Shown here piece after piece: positions 19,449-29,842 of a stretch of DNA of 64,000 nt (position 1 is its first letter; each line of letters opens with the position of its first letter). The position numbers and the translations under genes are program-made. Source of the stretch: an uncultured Deinococcales bacterium (GTDB lineage: Bacteria > Deinococcota > Deinococci > Deinococcales > JAAFIG01); contig CAXTTL010000001.1 in the NCBI GenBank assembly GCA_964247135.1, positions 32,001 through 96,000 on the forward strand, written 5' to 3'. The notes under the pieces are model-generated. The model was given only the letters and a program-made list of their open reading frames with translations, did no database searches and had not been told where the DNA came from.

Positions 19449-21551
19449 ATGCCGCAATCACCCCGAATTCGCGCCGCCACCGACGTCGGTGGAACCTTCA
19501 CCGACTTGGTGTATTTCCGCACCGACCCCAAAACCGGTCGGCAAGAAATCGTCACCGCCAAGTCCGACACCACCCCGCCCGATTTTGAACGCGGTGTGAT
19601 GAACGTGATCCACAAAGCCAATCTGCCAATGGAAGAAATCGCGTTTCTCGCGCACGGCACAACCGTTGTCATCAACGCCTTGACCGAACGCAAAGGCGTC
19701 AAAACCGCTTTGATTACCACGAGCGGTTTTCGGGATTCGATTGAAATTGCTCGAGGCAACCGCCCCGATTTTTTCAATTTGTTTTACCAGAAACCCGAGC
19801 CTTTTGTGCCGCGTTTTTTGCGTCAAGAAGTGCCTGGGCGCATGTCGCCGCAAGGTTTGGAGCGCGAGGCACTTGACTTGTCGGGTTTGCCTGCCATCTT
19901 GAAGGCGTTCAAAAAAGAGGGTGTTCAAGCGGTGGCAATTTGCCTGCTGCATTCTTACGCCAACCCTGCCCACGAGCAAGCCGTGCTCGAGCGGGTGCAT
20001 GAGTTGTGGGCGGATGTGGCGGTGGTCGCGTCGCATCAGATCACCCGCGAGTGGCGCGAGTACGAGCGCACCAATACCACAGTGCTTTCGGCGTATGTGC
20101 AACCGATTGCCGAGCGTTACCTCTCGAGGTTGCAGGCGGGCGCGGAGGCTGAGGGTTTTGCTGGGCAGATGTACATCATGCAGTCCAATTGCGGGGTGGA
20201 TTCGCTCGAGCATACGCGTGAAATTCCAATCACGATGGTTGAGTCTGGTCCTGCCAGTGGGGTTTGGGGCGCGGCGGAGCTTGGACGTTTGTTGAACGAA
20301 CCAAACGTCTTGGCGCTGGACATTGGTGGTACGACCGCGAAGTGTTCCTTGATCGAAAATGGTCGGGTGCGGGTACAGACCGATTACTGGATTGAACGCA
20401 CGCATCAGTCGGCGGGTTATCCGATTCAAGTGCCTGTGCTCGACATCGTGGAGATCGGGCAGGGCGGTGGCAGCATCGCCTGGGTGGACGAGTTTGCCAA
20501 GTTGCACGTCGGTCCCAAATCGGCAGGGGCGCAACCAGGTCCTGCCGCCTATGGGCGCGGCGGCACAAATGCCACGACCACCGACGCAAACCTGGCGCTC
20601 GGGCGCATCAACCAGCATTATTTTTGCGGTGGCGAAATCAAAGCCGACATGAAAGCCGTGGGCAGTTCGCTGGATGCCGTCGCCAAGCAATTGAAGGTTT
20701 CTCGGCTCGAGGCGGCTCGAGGGATTGTGCGCTTGGCAAACCACAACATGGTCAATGCTTTAAAACTTGTCTCGGTCAACCGTGGTCACGACCCCAGGGA
20801 TTTTACGTTGGTCGCCTTCGGTGGTGGCGGCGCGATGCACGCGGTGGCACTCGCGCAAGAACTGGGCATCAAAAAGGTCGTGATTCCTCGAGCCGCCGAT
20901 GTGTTTAGCGCTTGGGGCATGATGATGAGCGACTTGCGGCGCGATTTTTTCATCACCAAACTCGCCAGCTTAAAAGCCGAAAATGCCGCCGCGCTCGAGG
21001 CACTGGTGCGCGAGACCAGCGACAATGCGCTGGCACAATTCAAGCTCGAGGGCATCAAAGCCAGTCAGGTCAGTTTTATTCGTTATGCCAAGCTTCGTTA
21101 CGAAAATCAGGAACATACCGTCGAAATTGCGCTGCCCGATGCGAAAATCAGTGCCAAAACGATTCCTGCAATCATCGAAGATTTTCATGCCTCGTATGAG
21201 CGCGAGTACACCTATCGCCTGAACGCTCCCGTCGAATTCGTGGGCTTGCATCTGGTGGCTTCTGCCGAGGTGGGCAAGCTCGAGCCGATTACGTTGCCGT
21301 GCAGCAAACGCAAACTCGAAGCGGCGCATAAAGGGACGCGCCAGGTGGATTACGCGCTCGAGGGCGTTCACATTGCCGATATTTACGATGGCGATCTGCT
21401 CGAGCCTGGCATGAAATTTGTTGGACCTGCGATCATTGAAACCAGCGGCACGACGATGGTGATTCATCCTGGCAATCAGGTGCGGATGGATGACTATGGT
21501 CATGTTCACATCACGGTCACGGCGGCAGTGACCAAAGGAGGTCGCAAATGA
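19449..21551 (+). CDS. hyuA: Hydantoinase A / ATP-dependent cyclic amidohydrolase alpha subunit
   Basis: DVGGTFTD, HGTT, EWREYER, ESGPASG, DIGGTT, GPAAYGRGG, AFGGGG, FSAWG. Confidence 0.92.
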   Translation: MPQSPRIRAATDVGGTFTDLVYFRTDPKTGRQEIVTAKSDTTPPDFERGVMNVIHKANLPMEEIAFLAHGTTVVINALTERKGVKTALITTSGFRDSIEIARGNRPDFFNLFYQKPEPFVPRFLRQEVPGRMSPQGLEREALDLSGLPAILKAFKKEGVQAVAICLLHSYANPAHEQAVLERVHELWADVAVVASHQITREWREYERTNTTVLSAYVQPIAERYLSRLQAGAEAEGFAGQMYIMQSNCGVDSLEHTREIPITMVESGPASGVWGAAELGRLLNEPNVLALDIGGTTAKCSLIENGRVRVQTDYWIERTHQSAGYPIQVPVLDIVEIGQGGGSIAWVDEFAKLHVGPKSAGAQPGPAAYGRGGTNATTTDANLALGRINQHYFCGGEIKADMKAVGSSLDAVAKQLKVSRLEAARGIVRLANHNMVNALKLVSVNRGHDPRDFTLVAFGGGGAMHAVALAQELGIKKVVIPRAADVFSAWGMMMSDLRRDFFITKLASLKAENAAALEALVRETSDNALAQFKLEGIKASQVSFIRYAKLRYENQEHTVEIALPDAKISAKTIPAIIEDFHASYEREYTYRLNAPVEFVGLHLVASAEVGKLEPITLPCSKRKLEAAHKGTRQVDYALEGVHIADIYDGDLLEPGMKFVGPAIIETSGTTMVIHPGNQVRMDDYGHVHITVTAAVTKGGRK

Positions 21552-23227
21552 AAGCCAAAACCAAAAAAACCAGCACTTCAAAATTTGACCCGATCACGCT
21601 CGAGATCATTCAAAATTCCTTGCAAGCCATCAGCGACGAGATGTTCGCCGCGATGCGAAAAACCGCCATGAGCGCGATCATTTACGAGGTGCTCGACATG
21701 GGCACGGGCATCACGGACTTTGAGGGCAACCTGGCGGCATCGGGCGCGGGTATTCCAGCCTTTGTGGGTGTGCTCGACAAAGCCGTGCAAAAAATTCTCG
21801 AGCTGAACCCTCGAGCCGACATTCACCCAGGGGATGTGTTCATCACCAACGACCCGTACTTTGGTGGGGTCACGCACCTGAATGACGGGGTGTTGGCGAT
21901 GCCAGTTTTTGTTGGCAACCAGATCATTGCCTGGACGGCGAACATCGCGCACTGGCCCGATGTCGGCGGTCTGGTGGCGGGTTCGATGTCCAACGATGCC
22001 AAAGAGATTTTTCAGGAAGGTTTGCGCTTGCCCGCCATCAAACTGATTGACCGTGGAGTGCCGATCAAAAGCGTCATGGAGATCATCAAAACCAACAGCC
22101 GACTGCCAGACTTTTTGCAGGGCGACCTCTGGGCGGGCATCGCGGCGGTGCGGGTGGGCAACAAGCGCTTGCTCGAGTTGGTCGAAAAATACGGGCAGGA
22201 TACCTTCGTGGCGGGCATGAAGCACTTTATGGATTACGGCGAGGCGATCTCGAGAAAGGCGCTCAAGTCATTGCCCAAAGGCACGTTTACACTTTCTGAA
22301 GAGCAGGACAGCGGTGTGGTGTACAGCGCCACCATCACGATCACTGACAGCGAATTTAAGGTAGATTTGCGTAACAACCCAGACCAGGACGCGGGACCAA
22401 ACAACTCCTGCCGTGACGGGGCGATGATCGCCGCACAGATGATCTTTAAAAACCTGACCGACCCGCACGGGGTGGCGAACGGTGGCACGTTCCGCCCGCT
22501 CAACCTCATCACGCGTAAGGGCAGTGTGTTTGATGCCAACCCACCAGCCGCATTTGCCATTTATTACGAGGTCGAGGTGCGCCTGTACGACCTGCTCTGG
22601 CGTTGCCTCGCGCCGCACATGGAAGGTCGCTTGCCTGCGGGTAACTTCTCCTCGATTTTGGGCACGATTGTTTACGGCAAACACCCCGACACCGGACGCT
22701 TTTTCACCATCATCGAACCACAAATCGGTGGCTGGGGCGGCTCGAGCATACGTGATGGCAACAGCGGCATTTTCTGCGGTTTTCATGGCGAAACCTACAA
22801 CTGTCCCGTCGAAATTGCCGAAACGCGGTACGGCTTGTATGTCGATCAACTCAGCCTCAACCTCGAGCCTGGTGGCGAGGGTCAATTCCGTGGCGGCAAA
22901 GGCATTGTGCTCGATTACCGTGTGCGTTCGGACAACACCTTTTTAACGGCTTCGTACACCAGAAACATTCACAAACCCTGGGCGCTGGACGGTGGGCGTG
23001 AGGGTTCACCGAATTACATCGAGATCATCCGAAGTGACGGCAGGCGCGAGAAGCACGCCGTCTTGACGGGCTTGTTGCTCAACAAAGACGATGTGATTCG
23101 GGTGATTACCGCCAACGGTGCGGGTTTTGGCGATCCGAAAAAACGCAGCCCCGAGGCGGTGTTCGAGGACATCAAAAACGGTTTGATTACCCCGAAACGT
23201 GCCAAGGAGGTTTACGGTCAAGGCTGA
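21548..23227 (+). CDS. hyuB: Hydantoinase B / oxoprolinase family beta subunit
   Basis: DPITLEII, NDPYFGGVTHLND, HWPDVGG, FQEGLRLP, GGEGQFRGG, GAGFGDP; ATGA overlap with hyuA. Confidence 0.92.
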   Translation: MKAKTKKTSTSKFDPITLEIIQNSLQAISDEMFAAMRKTAMSAIIYEVLDMGTGITDFEGNLAASGAGIPAFVGVLDKAVQKILELNPRADIHPGDVFITNDPYFGGVTHLNDGVLAMPVFVGNQIIAWTANIAHWPDVGGLVAGSMSNDAKEIFQEGLRLPAIKLIDRGVPIKSVMEIIKTNSRLPDFLQGDLWAGIAAVRVGNKRLLELVEKYGQDTFVAGMKHFMDYGEAISRKALKSLPKGTFTLSEEQDSGVVYSATITITDSEFKVDLRNNPDQDAGPNNSCRDGAMIAAQMIFKNLTDPHGVANGGTFRPLNLITRKGSVFDANPPAAFAIYYEVEVRLYDLLWRCLAPHMEGRLPAGNFSSILGTIVYGKHPDTGRFFTIIEPQIGGWGGSSIRDGNSGIFCGFHGETYNCPVEIAETRYGLYVDQLSLNLEPGGEGQFRGGKGIVLDYRVRSDNTFLTASYTRNIHKPWALDGGREGSPNYIEIIRSDGRREKHAVLTGLLLNKDDVIRVITANGAGFGDPKKRSPEAVFEDIKNGLITPKRAKEVYGQG

Positions 23228-23378
23228 GGCTCGAGCATACAATCCCAACACCTCGAGACACCGTTGTACGTTTCGTGTTTTGAATTTGCCAGCAGCCGCC
23301 AATCCATTTCGCCAAAAAGCACCCTCGCCACTCGAGTTTTGCGTGGGTGCGGCTGGTTTTTTCTCGAACTGACTTGAT

Positions 23379-24239
23379 TTAAGACGTGAACAACGGAGCC
23401 ATTTCACGTTGCTCGAGCAAATTTTGCATGAGCGCATCGCTGGGGCGCACTGCCATTTGGTTTGCCGCTTCGAGTACCTTGGGCATGATCTTCAGGTCAC
23501 CAGCCGTGCAAATGAAGACATCGGCTCGAGCCAGCGCCCAGTGAACCGCCAGGTTGATGTCGGCTTGATCCTCGAGCGGTTCATACCAGGTGGCGCTGGT
23601 TTGTGGTCGTTCATTCCAGGGTCGGCGCGTGATTGTCTTGATCGTTTGCACCGCGACCTGGCGCTGCTGACAGACGAGCATCAATTCCTCGAAGTCACGG
23701 GCGTACTGCGGGTTTTGCATCAGCACATGGCTGTAAGGCAAGAGCACCGAATCAAACTCAAATTGCTCGAGCGCCCGTCGGTGCTGTGCCGCAACCGTTA
23801 AACCGTGACCCGTCACGCCAATAAAGCGCACCAATCCCTCGGCTCGAGCCTCGATCAATGCCTCGAGCGCACCGCCTGGTCCCATTGCGGTTTCCCACTC
23901 TTGCGGATCAACCAGGTTGTGCAACTGAATCGAATCGAGGTGATCGGTGCGCAGGCGCTCGAGTGAACGGTGAATGCTGTCCTTTGCCGCTTGATACGTG
24001 CGATCACCAGTTTTGCTCGCCAGAAAGAAATCCTGGCGGTGGGCGGGCATCCACGGACCAATGCGAAGTTCGGACTCGCCGTAACTGGCGGCGGTATCAA
24101 GATGGTTCACGCTGTACTCAAAAAGCTGCTCAAAGGCACGGTCGGCTTGGGCTTGCGAGACCGCGCTCAGACCCGCCGCACCGAAGATGGCGCGACTGCT
24201 GTGGTGACCTGTGCGACCAAAGGGAATCTTGGGGATCAT
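23379..24239 (-). CDS. Aldo/keto reductase
   Basis: [37 protein letters not shown]. Confidence 0.9.
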   Translation of the reverse strand: MIPKIPFGRTGHHSSRAIFGAAGLSAVSQAQADRAFEQLFEYSVNHLDTAASYGESELRIGPWMPAHRQDFFLASKTGDRTYQAAKDSIHRSLERLRTDHLDSIQLHNLVDPQEWETAMGPGGALEALIEARAEGLVRFIGVTGHGLTVAAQHRRALEQFEFDSVLLPYSHVLMQNPQYARDFEELMLVCQQRQVAVQTIKTITRRPWNERPQTSATWYEPLEDQADINLAVHWALARADVFICTAGDLKIMPKVLEAANQMAVRPSDALMQNLLEQREMAPLFTS

Positions 24240-24254
24240 GACCCGACCTCGCTT

Positions 24255-26420
24255 TCAAGTTGAGGGCTTTTCAGAATTGGCTCGAGATTCGAGCCACCGG
24301 ATGACACTATACCCAATCAGGACTTGGGTTCTGACACCAAGGTCAAAGCGCCCGCCGTAAACCGTTTCGTCTGGCATCTCGGTGATGACGGTGATCGTGC
24401 CGCATTCTTCGGGTTGTCCTGGCAAACCTCGAGCCGAGGATCGTGCCTCGCGCTCCCAAAACTGAAACGGCAGTCCATCGATCAGCTCGAAAGGGTCTTT
24501 GAGCACGTGCGGGGCGCGTTGACGCAGTGCCTCGCGTGTCCGCTCAAAGATTTCAGCGTCCGAGGCGAGGTCAGCCGCAATGACTGCCGCGAGTTCTCGA
24601 GCCAAGGTTTTTTGGCTGGCATCGTGAACCACAATCACCATCGCGCCCATCGGCAGCGCCCAGAGTTCAAAACCTCGAGGGGCATAACCGGTATAGGGGC
24701 GGGTCCATTCGTGGGCTGGGTAGCCGTGAAGGTTGAGATGCACGTGTGGACGGGTTTGAGCCAGCACCAACCCGAGTGCCGCGCCCTCATGCTGCTGGCT
24801 GGCTTCCACGTCCACGCCAAGCGCGGTGTAGCGGGCTGGGTGGTGCATGTGCTCGGGGTGAAGCTGTCTGAGCGCACGGTAAAGCCGCAGACCGTCAGGG
24901 TTTTTGAGCGGCACACCGACCAGATTGATCGACTTGTTCGACAACCAACCCTCGAGCAACTCGAGCGCTGCTTTTGGACCCGTGGGTTCGTTCGCGTGTT
25001 GCCCAGCGGTCAAGAGGAGCGTCGGAAGTTGTGGGTCAAGGCGAGTACCGATCATCGGAATGGGGCGACCCTCGAGGCTGTAACCGAGAACCTGAATCAA
25101 AGCATCTGGAACTTGACCGAGGCGCTGGATTTCTTGCCAGATGTCTCGTGCCGAGAGCGGACCGTTGGGCAGTGAAGCTTTGGGTTTAAAACCATCAATC
25201 AAGCTCTTGAAATGTTGTTGCGGGTTTTGGGTCAGCCTGCTCGAGTCGCTGGCATGGATTCCAGCGCTCTGTATAATCTGCTCCGCAGGCACAAGTTTTA
25301 CCGTTCCTTGAGCGCTTTTGACGCCAAGTGAACCCTCTCCAAGCAAGGTCAGGGTGACTCGAGCCTGCCCATCTTGACCGAGGTGTTCGCTGAAGATGGG
25401 TACGATTTTGCCGACCTTTAAACCCCGTCCGCCAGCCGGTGCGCCAACGTGACGCTGGAACGCCTCGAGGCTGCTGAAATAAACCTCTTCAGCGAGCGCC
25501 TCGAGCATTGAGACACGTTCGGGTTCGATGCTCAGCGCAAGATCGGGTTCGGAGAGCTTGCCCGTGACGGTCAAACACTGAAAAAACGGTCCCGTTTTGG
25601 GGCTGAGCGCCAAAATTTGCGGCAACACCTCGCGTTCGTACCAAGTCCAGAAGCGTTCGCCATCGGTTGGAATTTGACGCGTCCAGTGTTTGGAGTCGCT
25701 GCGCACCTCGAGCCAACCCGTGGGTGAAAGCACCGTCTCATTTTCCAGTGTTCGTGTCGATTGAGGGGCGAGACAAGTGCCGTCCCACAGTTGACTGTCT
25801 CCCGCAAAGGCGGTGGCTTGATAGCACACTTGGGTGCTTTGGGTGGCGATCATCTCGAGGCTGATTCCGTTTCGTTCACACAGGCTCGAGGCTGGATACA
25901 ATTCCTGTAGAAAACGTCCCGCCGAGGCGTTGGGGACAACTGGATACTGCACATGCAAGCGATCCGCTCCAAGTTGGCGCAATCTTGGCAGCACCTCCTC
26001 GAGCAACCAGAACAGCGCGGGTTTGTAGCTGCTGCGAATTGTCACTCGAGCCTGTACCCCTTTGCGCCGCAAGCGTGCTTGGGCTTCAAGCGCGAACTGT
26101 CGTCGGACTTCGGGCGGCTCGGAGAGGTAACCGAGCACCTGCACTGACTTTGCTGCGCCCAAACGGATGTCACCCAGTGCCTTCAGCCAAACCTTGCCCT
26201 CCCAAGGAAAAGTGGCGCTCCAGACATGACGTGTACCTCGAGCGGTGTTGCGGATGTTCAAGCCCGTCATCTTTCGTGCCGCATGGGGTGGAAACGGCAT
26301 CAGCAGTTCGACGCTCGAGGCATCGGCAATTGCCATGACCGCCGCCAAGCGGTCCCAGGGGTTTTCGGCATTTGGCAGCGCTTGACTCGAGCCGTCTTGT
26401 TGCGTGTCCTTAGCTTGCAT
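24255..26420 (-). CDS. M14-like zinc carboxypeptidase with a long N-terminal region
   Basis: C-terminal AGQHANE (HxxE), NPDG, RYTALG, LNLHGY; ATG 26420 overlaps the upstream permease stop. Confidence 0.78.
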   Translation of the reverse strand: MQAKDTQQDGSSQALPNAENPWDRLAAVMAIADASSVELLMPFPPHAARKMTGLNIRNTARGTRHVWSATFPWEGKVWLKALGDIRLGAAKSVQVLGYLSEPPEVRRQFALEAQARLRRKGVQARVTIRSSYKPALFWLLEEVLPRLRQLGADRLHVQYPVVPNASAGRFLQELYPASSLCERNGISLEMIATQSTQVCYQATAFAGDSQLWDGTCLAPQSTRTLENETVLSPTGWLEVRSDSKHWTRQIPTDGERFWTWYEREVLPQILALSPKTGPFFQCLTVTGKLSEPDLALSIEPERVSMLEALAEEVYFSSLEAFQRHVGAPAGGRGLKVGKIVPIFSEHLGQDGQARVTLTLLGEGSLGVKSAQGTVKLVPAEQIIQSAGIHASDSSRLTQNPQQHFKSLIDGFKPKASLPNGPLSARDIWQEIQRLGQVPDALIQVLGYSLEGRPIPMIGTRLDPQLPTLLLTAGQHANEPTGPKAALELLEGWLSNKSINLVGVPLKNPDGLRLYRALRQLHPEHMHHPARYTALGVDVEASQQHEGAALGLVLAQTRPHVHLNLHGYPAHEWTRPYTGYAPRGFELWALPMGAMVIVVHDASQKTLARELAAVIAADLASDAEIFERTREALRQRAPHVLKDPFELIDGLPFQFWEREARSSARGLPGQPEECGTITVITEMPDETVYGGRFDLGVRTQVLIGYSVIRWLESRANSEKPST

Positions 26421-27270
26421 TGCTGCGCCCTCGATCCAGCGGATCAAGGCGATCCCGCAGCCAGTCTCCGAGCAAGTTGAAACCGAGCACCGTGACCGTG
26501 ATCGCCAGCCCTGGAAAGGTGGCAACCCACCAGGCGGTCTGCATGTAATTGCGTCCATCGGCGAGCATGCCGCCCCATGAGGGAATCAGTGGGTCAATCC
26601 CAAGTCCCAAAAAAGTCAGACCAGACTCGAGCAGGATGTTGTTGGCAACGTTGAGCGTGGCAAGCACAATCACGGGTCCGATCAGGTTGGGCAGCAAATG
26701 GCGCAAGATGATGCGGGCATCGGAGGCACCGAGCGCTCGAGTGCCTTGCACCGCGTCGCCTTCGCGCAAGGTTAGCACCTGTGAGCGCACCATTCGGGCA
26801 TACTGCACCCACTGGGTGAGCGCCATGACAAAGATCAACTTCCACAAGCCTGGTCCAATCACGGCGATCACGGTGATTGCCAACAGAATAAATGGAAATG
26901 AAAGTTGCACGTCCGCGATTCGCATCAGCACCATGTCGAGCAAGCCACGGTAAAATCCCGCCAGCAAGCCAATCCCGACCCCGACGATCAAAGAGAGGGC
27001 AACCGAGACAAAACCAACGGTCAGTGAAATTCGCCCACCGTGGGGAATTCGGGTCAGGATGTCACGCCCGATGGCATCGGTCCCAAACAGATGCCCCTCC
27101 AAACTGGGTGGCTTGAGGCGATTGGCAAGGTTCATGCTTTCCGAACCGAGCGGTGCAAAAACCGGAGCGAGCAATGCCGAAAACACCGAGACGCCCAGCA
27201 GCACCAGACCGAGCACCAGGTCAAAATTCAAAGTGCGTTTGACTCGAGGAAGTGGTTGTGATGCGCTCAT
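26410..27270 (-). CDS. Peptide ABC transporter permease (DppC-type)
   Basis: FGTDAIGRDILTR, HLLPN, FLGLG, FNLLGDWLRD; GAGGTG before ATG 27270. Confidence 0.92.
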   Translation of the reverse strand: MSASQPLPRVKRTLNFDLVLGLVLLGVSVFSALLAPVFAPLGSESMNLANRLKPPSLEGHLFGTDAIGRDILTRIPHGGRISLTVGFVSVALSLIVGVGIGLLAGFYRGLLDMVLMRIADVQLSFPFILLAITVIAVIGPGLWKLIFVMALTQWVQYARMVRSQVLTLREGDAVQGTRALGASDARIILRHLLPNLIGPVIVLATLNVANNILLESGLTFLGLGIDPLIPSWGGMLADGRNYMQTAWWVATFPGLAITVTVLGFNLLGDWLRDRLDPLDRGRSNAS

Positions 27271-27290
27271 GTTGAACACCTCATTGCGCT

Positions 27291-28214
27291 TCATGTGACA
27301 CTGATGCGCGGGTCAATCAAGCCGTAAGACAGGTCGATCACCAGGTTGACCACCACCACCACCAATGCCAGCACCGCCACCGTGCCCTGCAAGACGGGAT
27401 AATCGCGTTGGCTGATGGCGTTCAGCGCCAGCGATCCCAGACCGGGCCAAGCAAACACCTGCTCGATGATGACCACACCGCCGATCAAGCCGCCAAACTG
27501 CAAACCAATAAACGTGACCGCCGGAATCGCCGCGTTGCGAAGCGCGTGCTTGTAGAGCACCACCCGCTCGAGCAAGCCTTTGGAACGTGCCACGGTGATG
27601 AACTGACTCGAGAGCACCTCGAGCAAGGCGGCACGCAACAACCTGACGTTGGTGGCGGTCAGGATCAGTCCCAAGGTCACGGCGGGCATGATTATTGAGC
27701 GCCAACCCTCAAAGCCAGAAGGCGGCAACCAGCGCAGGTTGACTCCAAAGATCAAGATCAGCATGATGGCAAGCCAAAAGTTCGGGAACGAAAGCCCAAT
27801 CAGTGAAAGCAAACGCACCAGGCGATCAACCCAGCGTCCTTTGCGAACCGCAGAACTGATCGCCAGCGGCACTGAAACCACAATCGAGAAGAGCAGGCTC
27901 GAGGCGGCAAGAATCAGTGTTCCTGGAACTTTTTCGTTGATCAACTCGCTGACCGGCTGGTCGTTGCGAAAACTCTTGCCGAGGTTGCCGGTCAACAAGC
28001 CACCGACAAACTCGAGGTACTGCACCAAAAAAGGACGATCCACGCCGAGGGCTTTGCGAATCCGCTCGAGGTCGGTCTTGTTGGGGGCGCTCGCGCCCTG
28101 GAAAAGGGCTACCACCGGATCGCCCGAGAGTCGAACGGCAAACGCCACCAGCAGCGTGACCACCAGCATCACAAAGACCGCTTGTCCGAGTCGGAAGACT
28201 GTGTAACGCAGCAC
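27291..28214 (-). CDS. Peptide ABC transporter permease (DppB-type)
   Basis: GNLGKSF, ARSKGL, HALRNA, VFAWPGLG, RDYPV. Confidence 0.92.
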   Translation of the reverse strand: MLRYTVFRLGQAVFVMLVVTLLVAFAVRLSGDPVVALFQGASAPNKTDLERIRKALGVDRPFLVQYLEFVGGLLTGNLGKSFRNDQPVSELINEKVPGTLILAASSLLFSIVVSVPLAISSAVRKGRWVDRLVRLLSLIGLSFPNFWLAIMLILIFGVNLRWLPPSGFEGWRSIIMPAVTLGLILTATNVRLLRAALLEVLSSQFITVARSKGLLERVVLYKHALRNAAIPAVTFIGLQFGGLIGGVVIIEQVFAWPGLGSLALNAISQRDYPVLQGTVAVLALVVVVVNLVIDLSYGLIDPRISVT

Positions 28215-28249
28215 GAAACCCCCTCGAGCAGGATTTTTCAAATAACAAA

Positions 28250-29773
28250 TTATTTAACGGCAACACTCAGCAGACGGTTGCGGTCATCGGGTGGCACGAC
28301 CCAACCCGAGACGCGTTTGTTCATGCCCCACAGGTTGACCCCTTGATAAAGCGGCATCTCGATGGCGACGTCTTGCAGGTAACGGGCGAGTTCCTGCATC
28401 GATTTTTGACGGGCTTTTTGATTGTAGGTGCCGCGCTCCTGCTCGAGCAGCGACTCGACTTTGGGGTCAGAAAACACGGGGTTCCAGTACTCGCCTTTGT
28501 GATAGAGCAGGTAAGCGGTGTTATCAAAATCGAGCGTCCAACCGCCCCAGCCAAAGTTGTACATGTGACCAGTCTTGTTTTTGGGGATGATGTCACTGAA
28601 ATAGGTGTTCTGCTCGAAGGTCTTGAGCGAAACTTTCAGTCCGATTGCTTGCAGGTATCCAGCAATGCCCTGGGCAACCTCGCGGAACTGCACGTCGCTG
28701 TCGGCAAAGTCAATTTCAAGCTCGGTTCCGGCGGGTACTTTGGCATCGCTAAGCAGCGCCTTTGCTTTTTCTGGATCGTAAGGCAGCGGTTTGAGTTTGG
28801 GGTCAAAACCCCAAGAAATTTCGCCCTGGAAGCTGGCAATCGGTTTGCCATAGCCCTGCAAAATGGTCTTGATGATCGTGTCGCGGTCAACCGCGTAGAT
28901 CATTGCCTTGCGAACCCGAACGTCATCCATTGGCTTCAAGGAGGTGTTAAAGCGCAACTCGGTGACGGTGGTGGTTCCAACGGGGACAAGTTGCGCGTCA
29001 TTGATTCCCTTAACGACGCTCGCCAAACTGACTGGCACGCCCTGAACGATGTCCACGCGCCCAGCTTGGAGTTCCGCCACGCGGGTGGCAGCCTCGGGAA
29101 TAAAACGGTAGGTCACGGTCTTGACCTTTGGAGCACCCTTCCAGTATCCAGGGAATGCCTCGAGCGTCAAATGATCGTCTTTGACATATTCGGTCGGGCG
29201 AAATGGACCGGTGCCGACGGGCAGGTTGTTGAATTTTTCGTCGCCAACCTCAGCATAATATTGGGGTGCAATGATCTTGGCGCCGTAACCGGCGAGCTTG
29301 GTGATGATCACCGGATCGGGGCGATCCATGATGAAATCCACCAAGTATTTGTTGATGATTTTGACCTCTTTGATTGCCGTATAATTGGCTTGCTGTGGAC
29401 CTTTGGCACCTTCGGGTCCGAGCAGTCGGTCAAAGGTAAATTTGACCGCGCTGGCATCAAAGTCCTCGCCGTTTTGGAATTTCACGCCTTTGCGCAAGCC
29501 AAAACGGATTACCGAATTGTTTTTCAAAAACGTCCAGCGCTCAGCCAGACCTGGTTTGATTTTCAGGTCTGGTCCACGGTCCACCAGTCCGTCAAAAATG
29601 TTTGAGCCGACCATGCCCCACGAGAGCAGGAAGGTGTCAATCGGGTCCCATGAGTGTGGGTCTTGGGTTTGCGCGATCACGAGCTTGCCTGTCGGTCCTG
29701 GACCTTGACTCAATGCCACGCCCAAACCGAGCGTGACAGCCAACACGGAAAACAACTTGATACGAAATGTCAT
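28250..29773 (-). CDS. Peptide ABC substrate-binding protein (family 5)
   Basis: GGGAGG RBS, signal peptide, IFDGLV, LRKGVKFQNG, PVGTGPF, DVRVRKA. Confidence 0.93.
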   Translation of the reverse strand: MTFRIKLFSVLAVTLGLGVALSQGPGPTGKLVIAQTQDPHSWDPIDTFLLSWGMVGSNIFDGLVDRGPDLKIKPGLAERWTFLKNNSVIRFGLRKGVKFQNGEDFDASAVKFTFDRLLGPEGAKGPQQANYTAIKEVKIINKYLVDFIMDRPDPVIITKLAGYGAKIIAPQYYAEVGDEKFNNLPVGTGPFRPTEYVKDDHLTLEAFPGYWKGAPKVKTVTYRFIPEAATRVAELQAGRVDIVQGVPVSLASVVKGINDAQLVPVGTTTVTELRFNTSLKPMDDVRVRKAMIYAVDRDTIIKTILQGYGKPIASFQGEISWGFDPKLKPLPYDPEKAKALLSDAKVPAGTELEIDFADSDVQFREVAQGIAGYLQAIGLKVSLKTFEQNTYFSDIIPKNKTGHMYNFGWGGWTLDFDNTAYLLYHKGEYWNPVFSDPKVESLLEQERGTYNQKARQKSMQELARYLQDVAIEMPLYQGVNLWGMNKRVSGWVVPPDDRNRLLSVAVK

Positions 29774-29842
29774 ATCGTGACCTCCCCATGTCAAAGCGAT
29801 TGAGAGCATTGCGGACTGCCGCCTTGCGAATGCACCAAACCC

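Noticed and set aside
19458-20744. Long antisense ORFs (also 16970-17977, 28343-29605, 58667-59599)
   Set aside because: They shadow well-supported genes on the opposite strand and show no motifs
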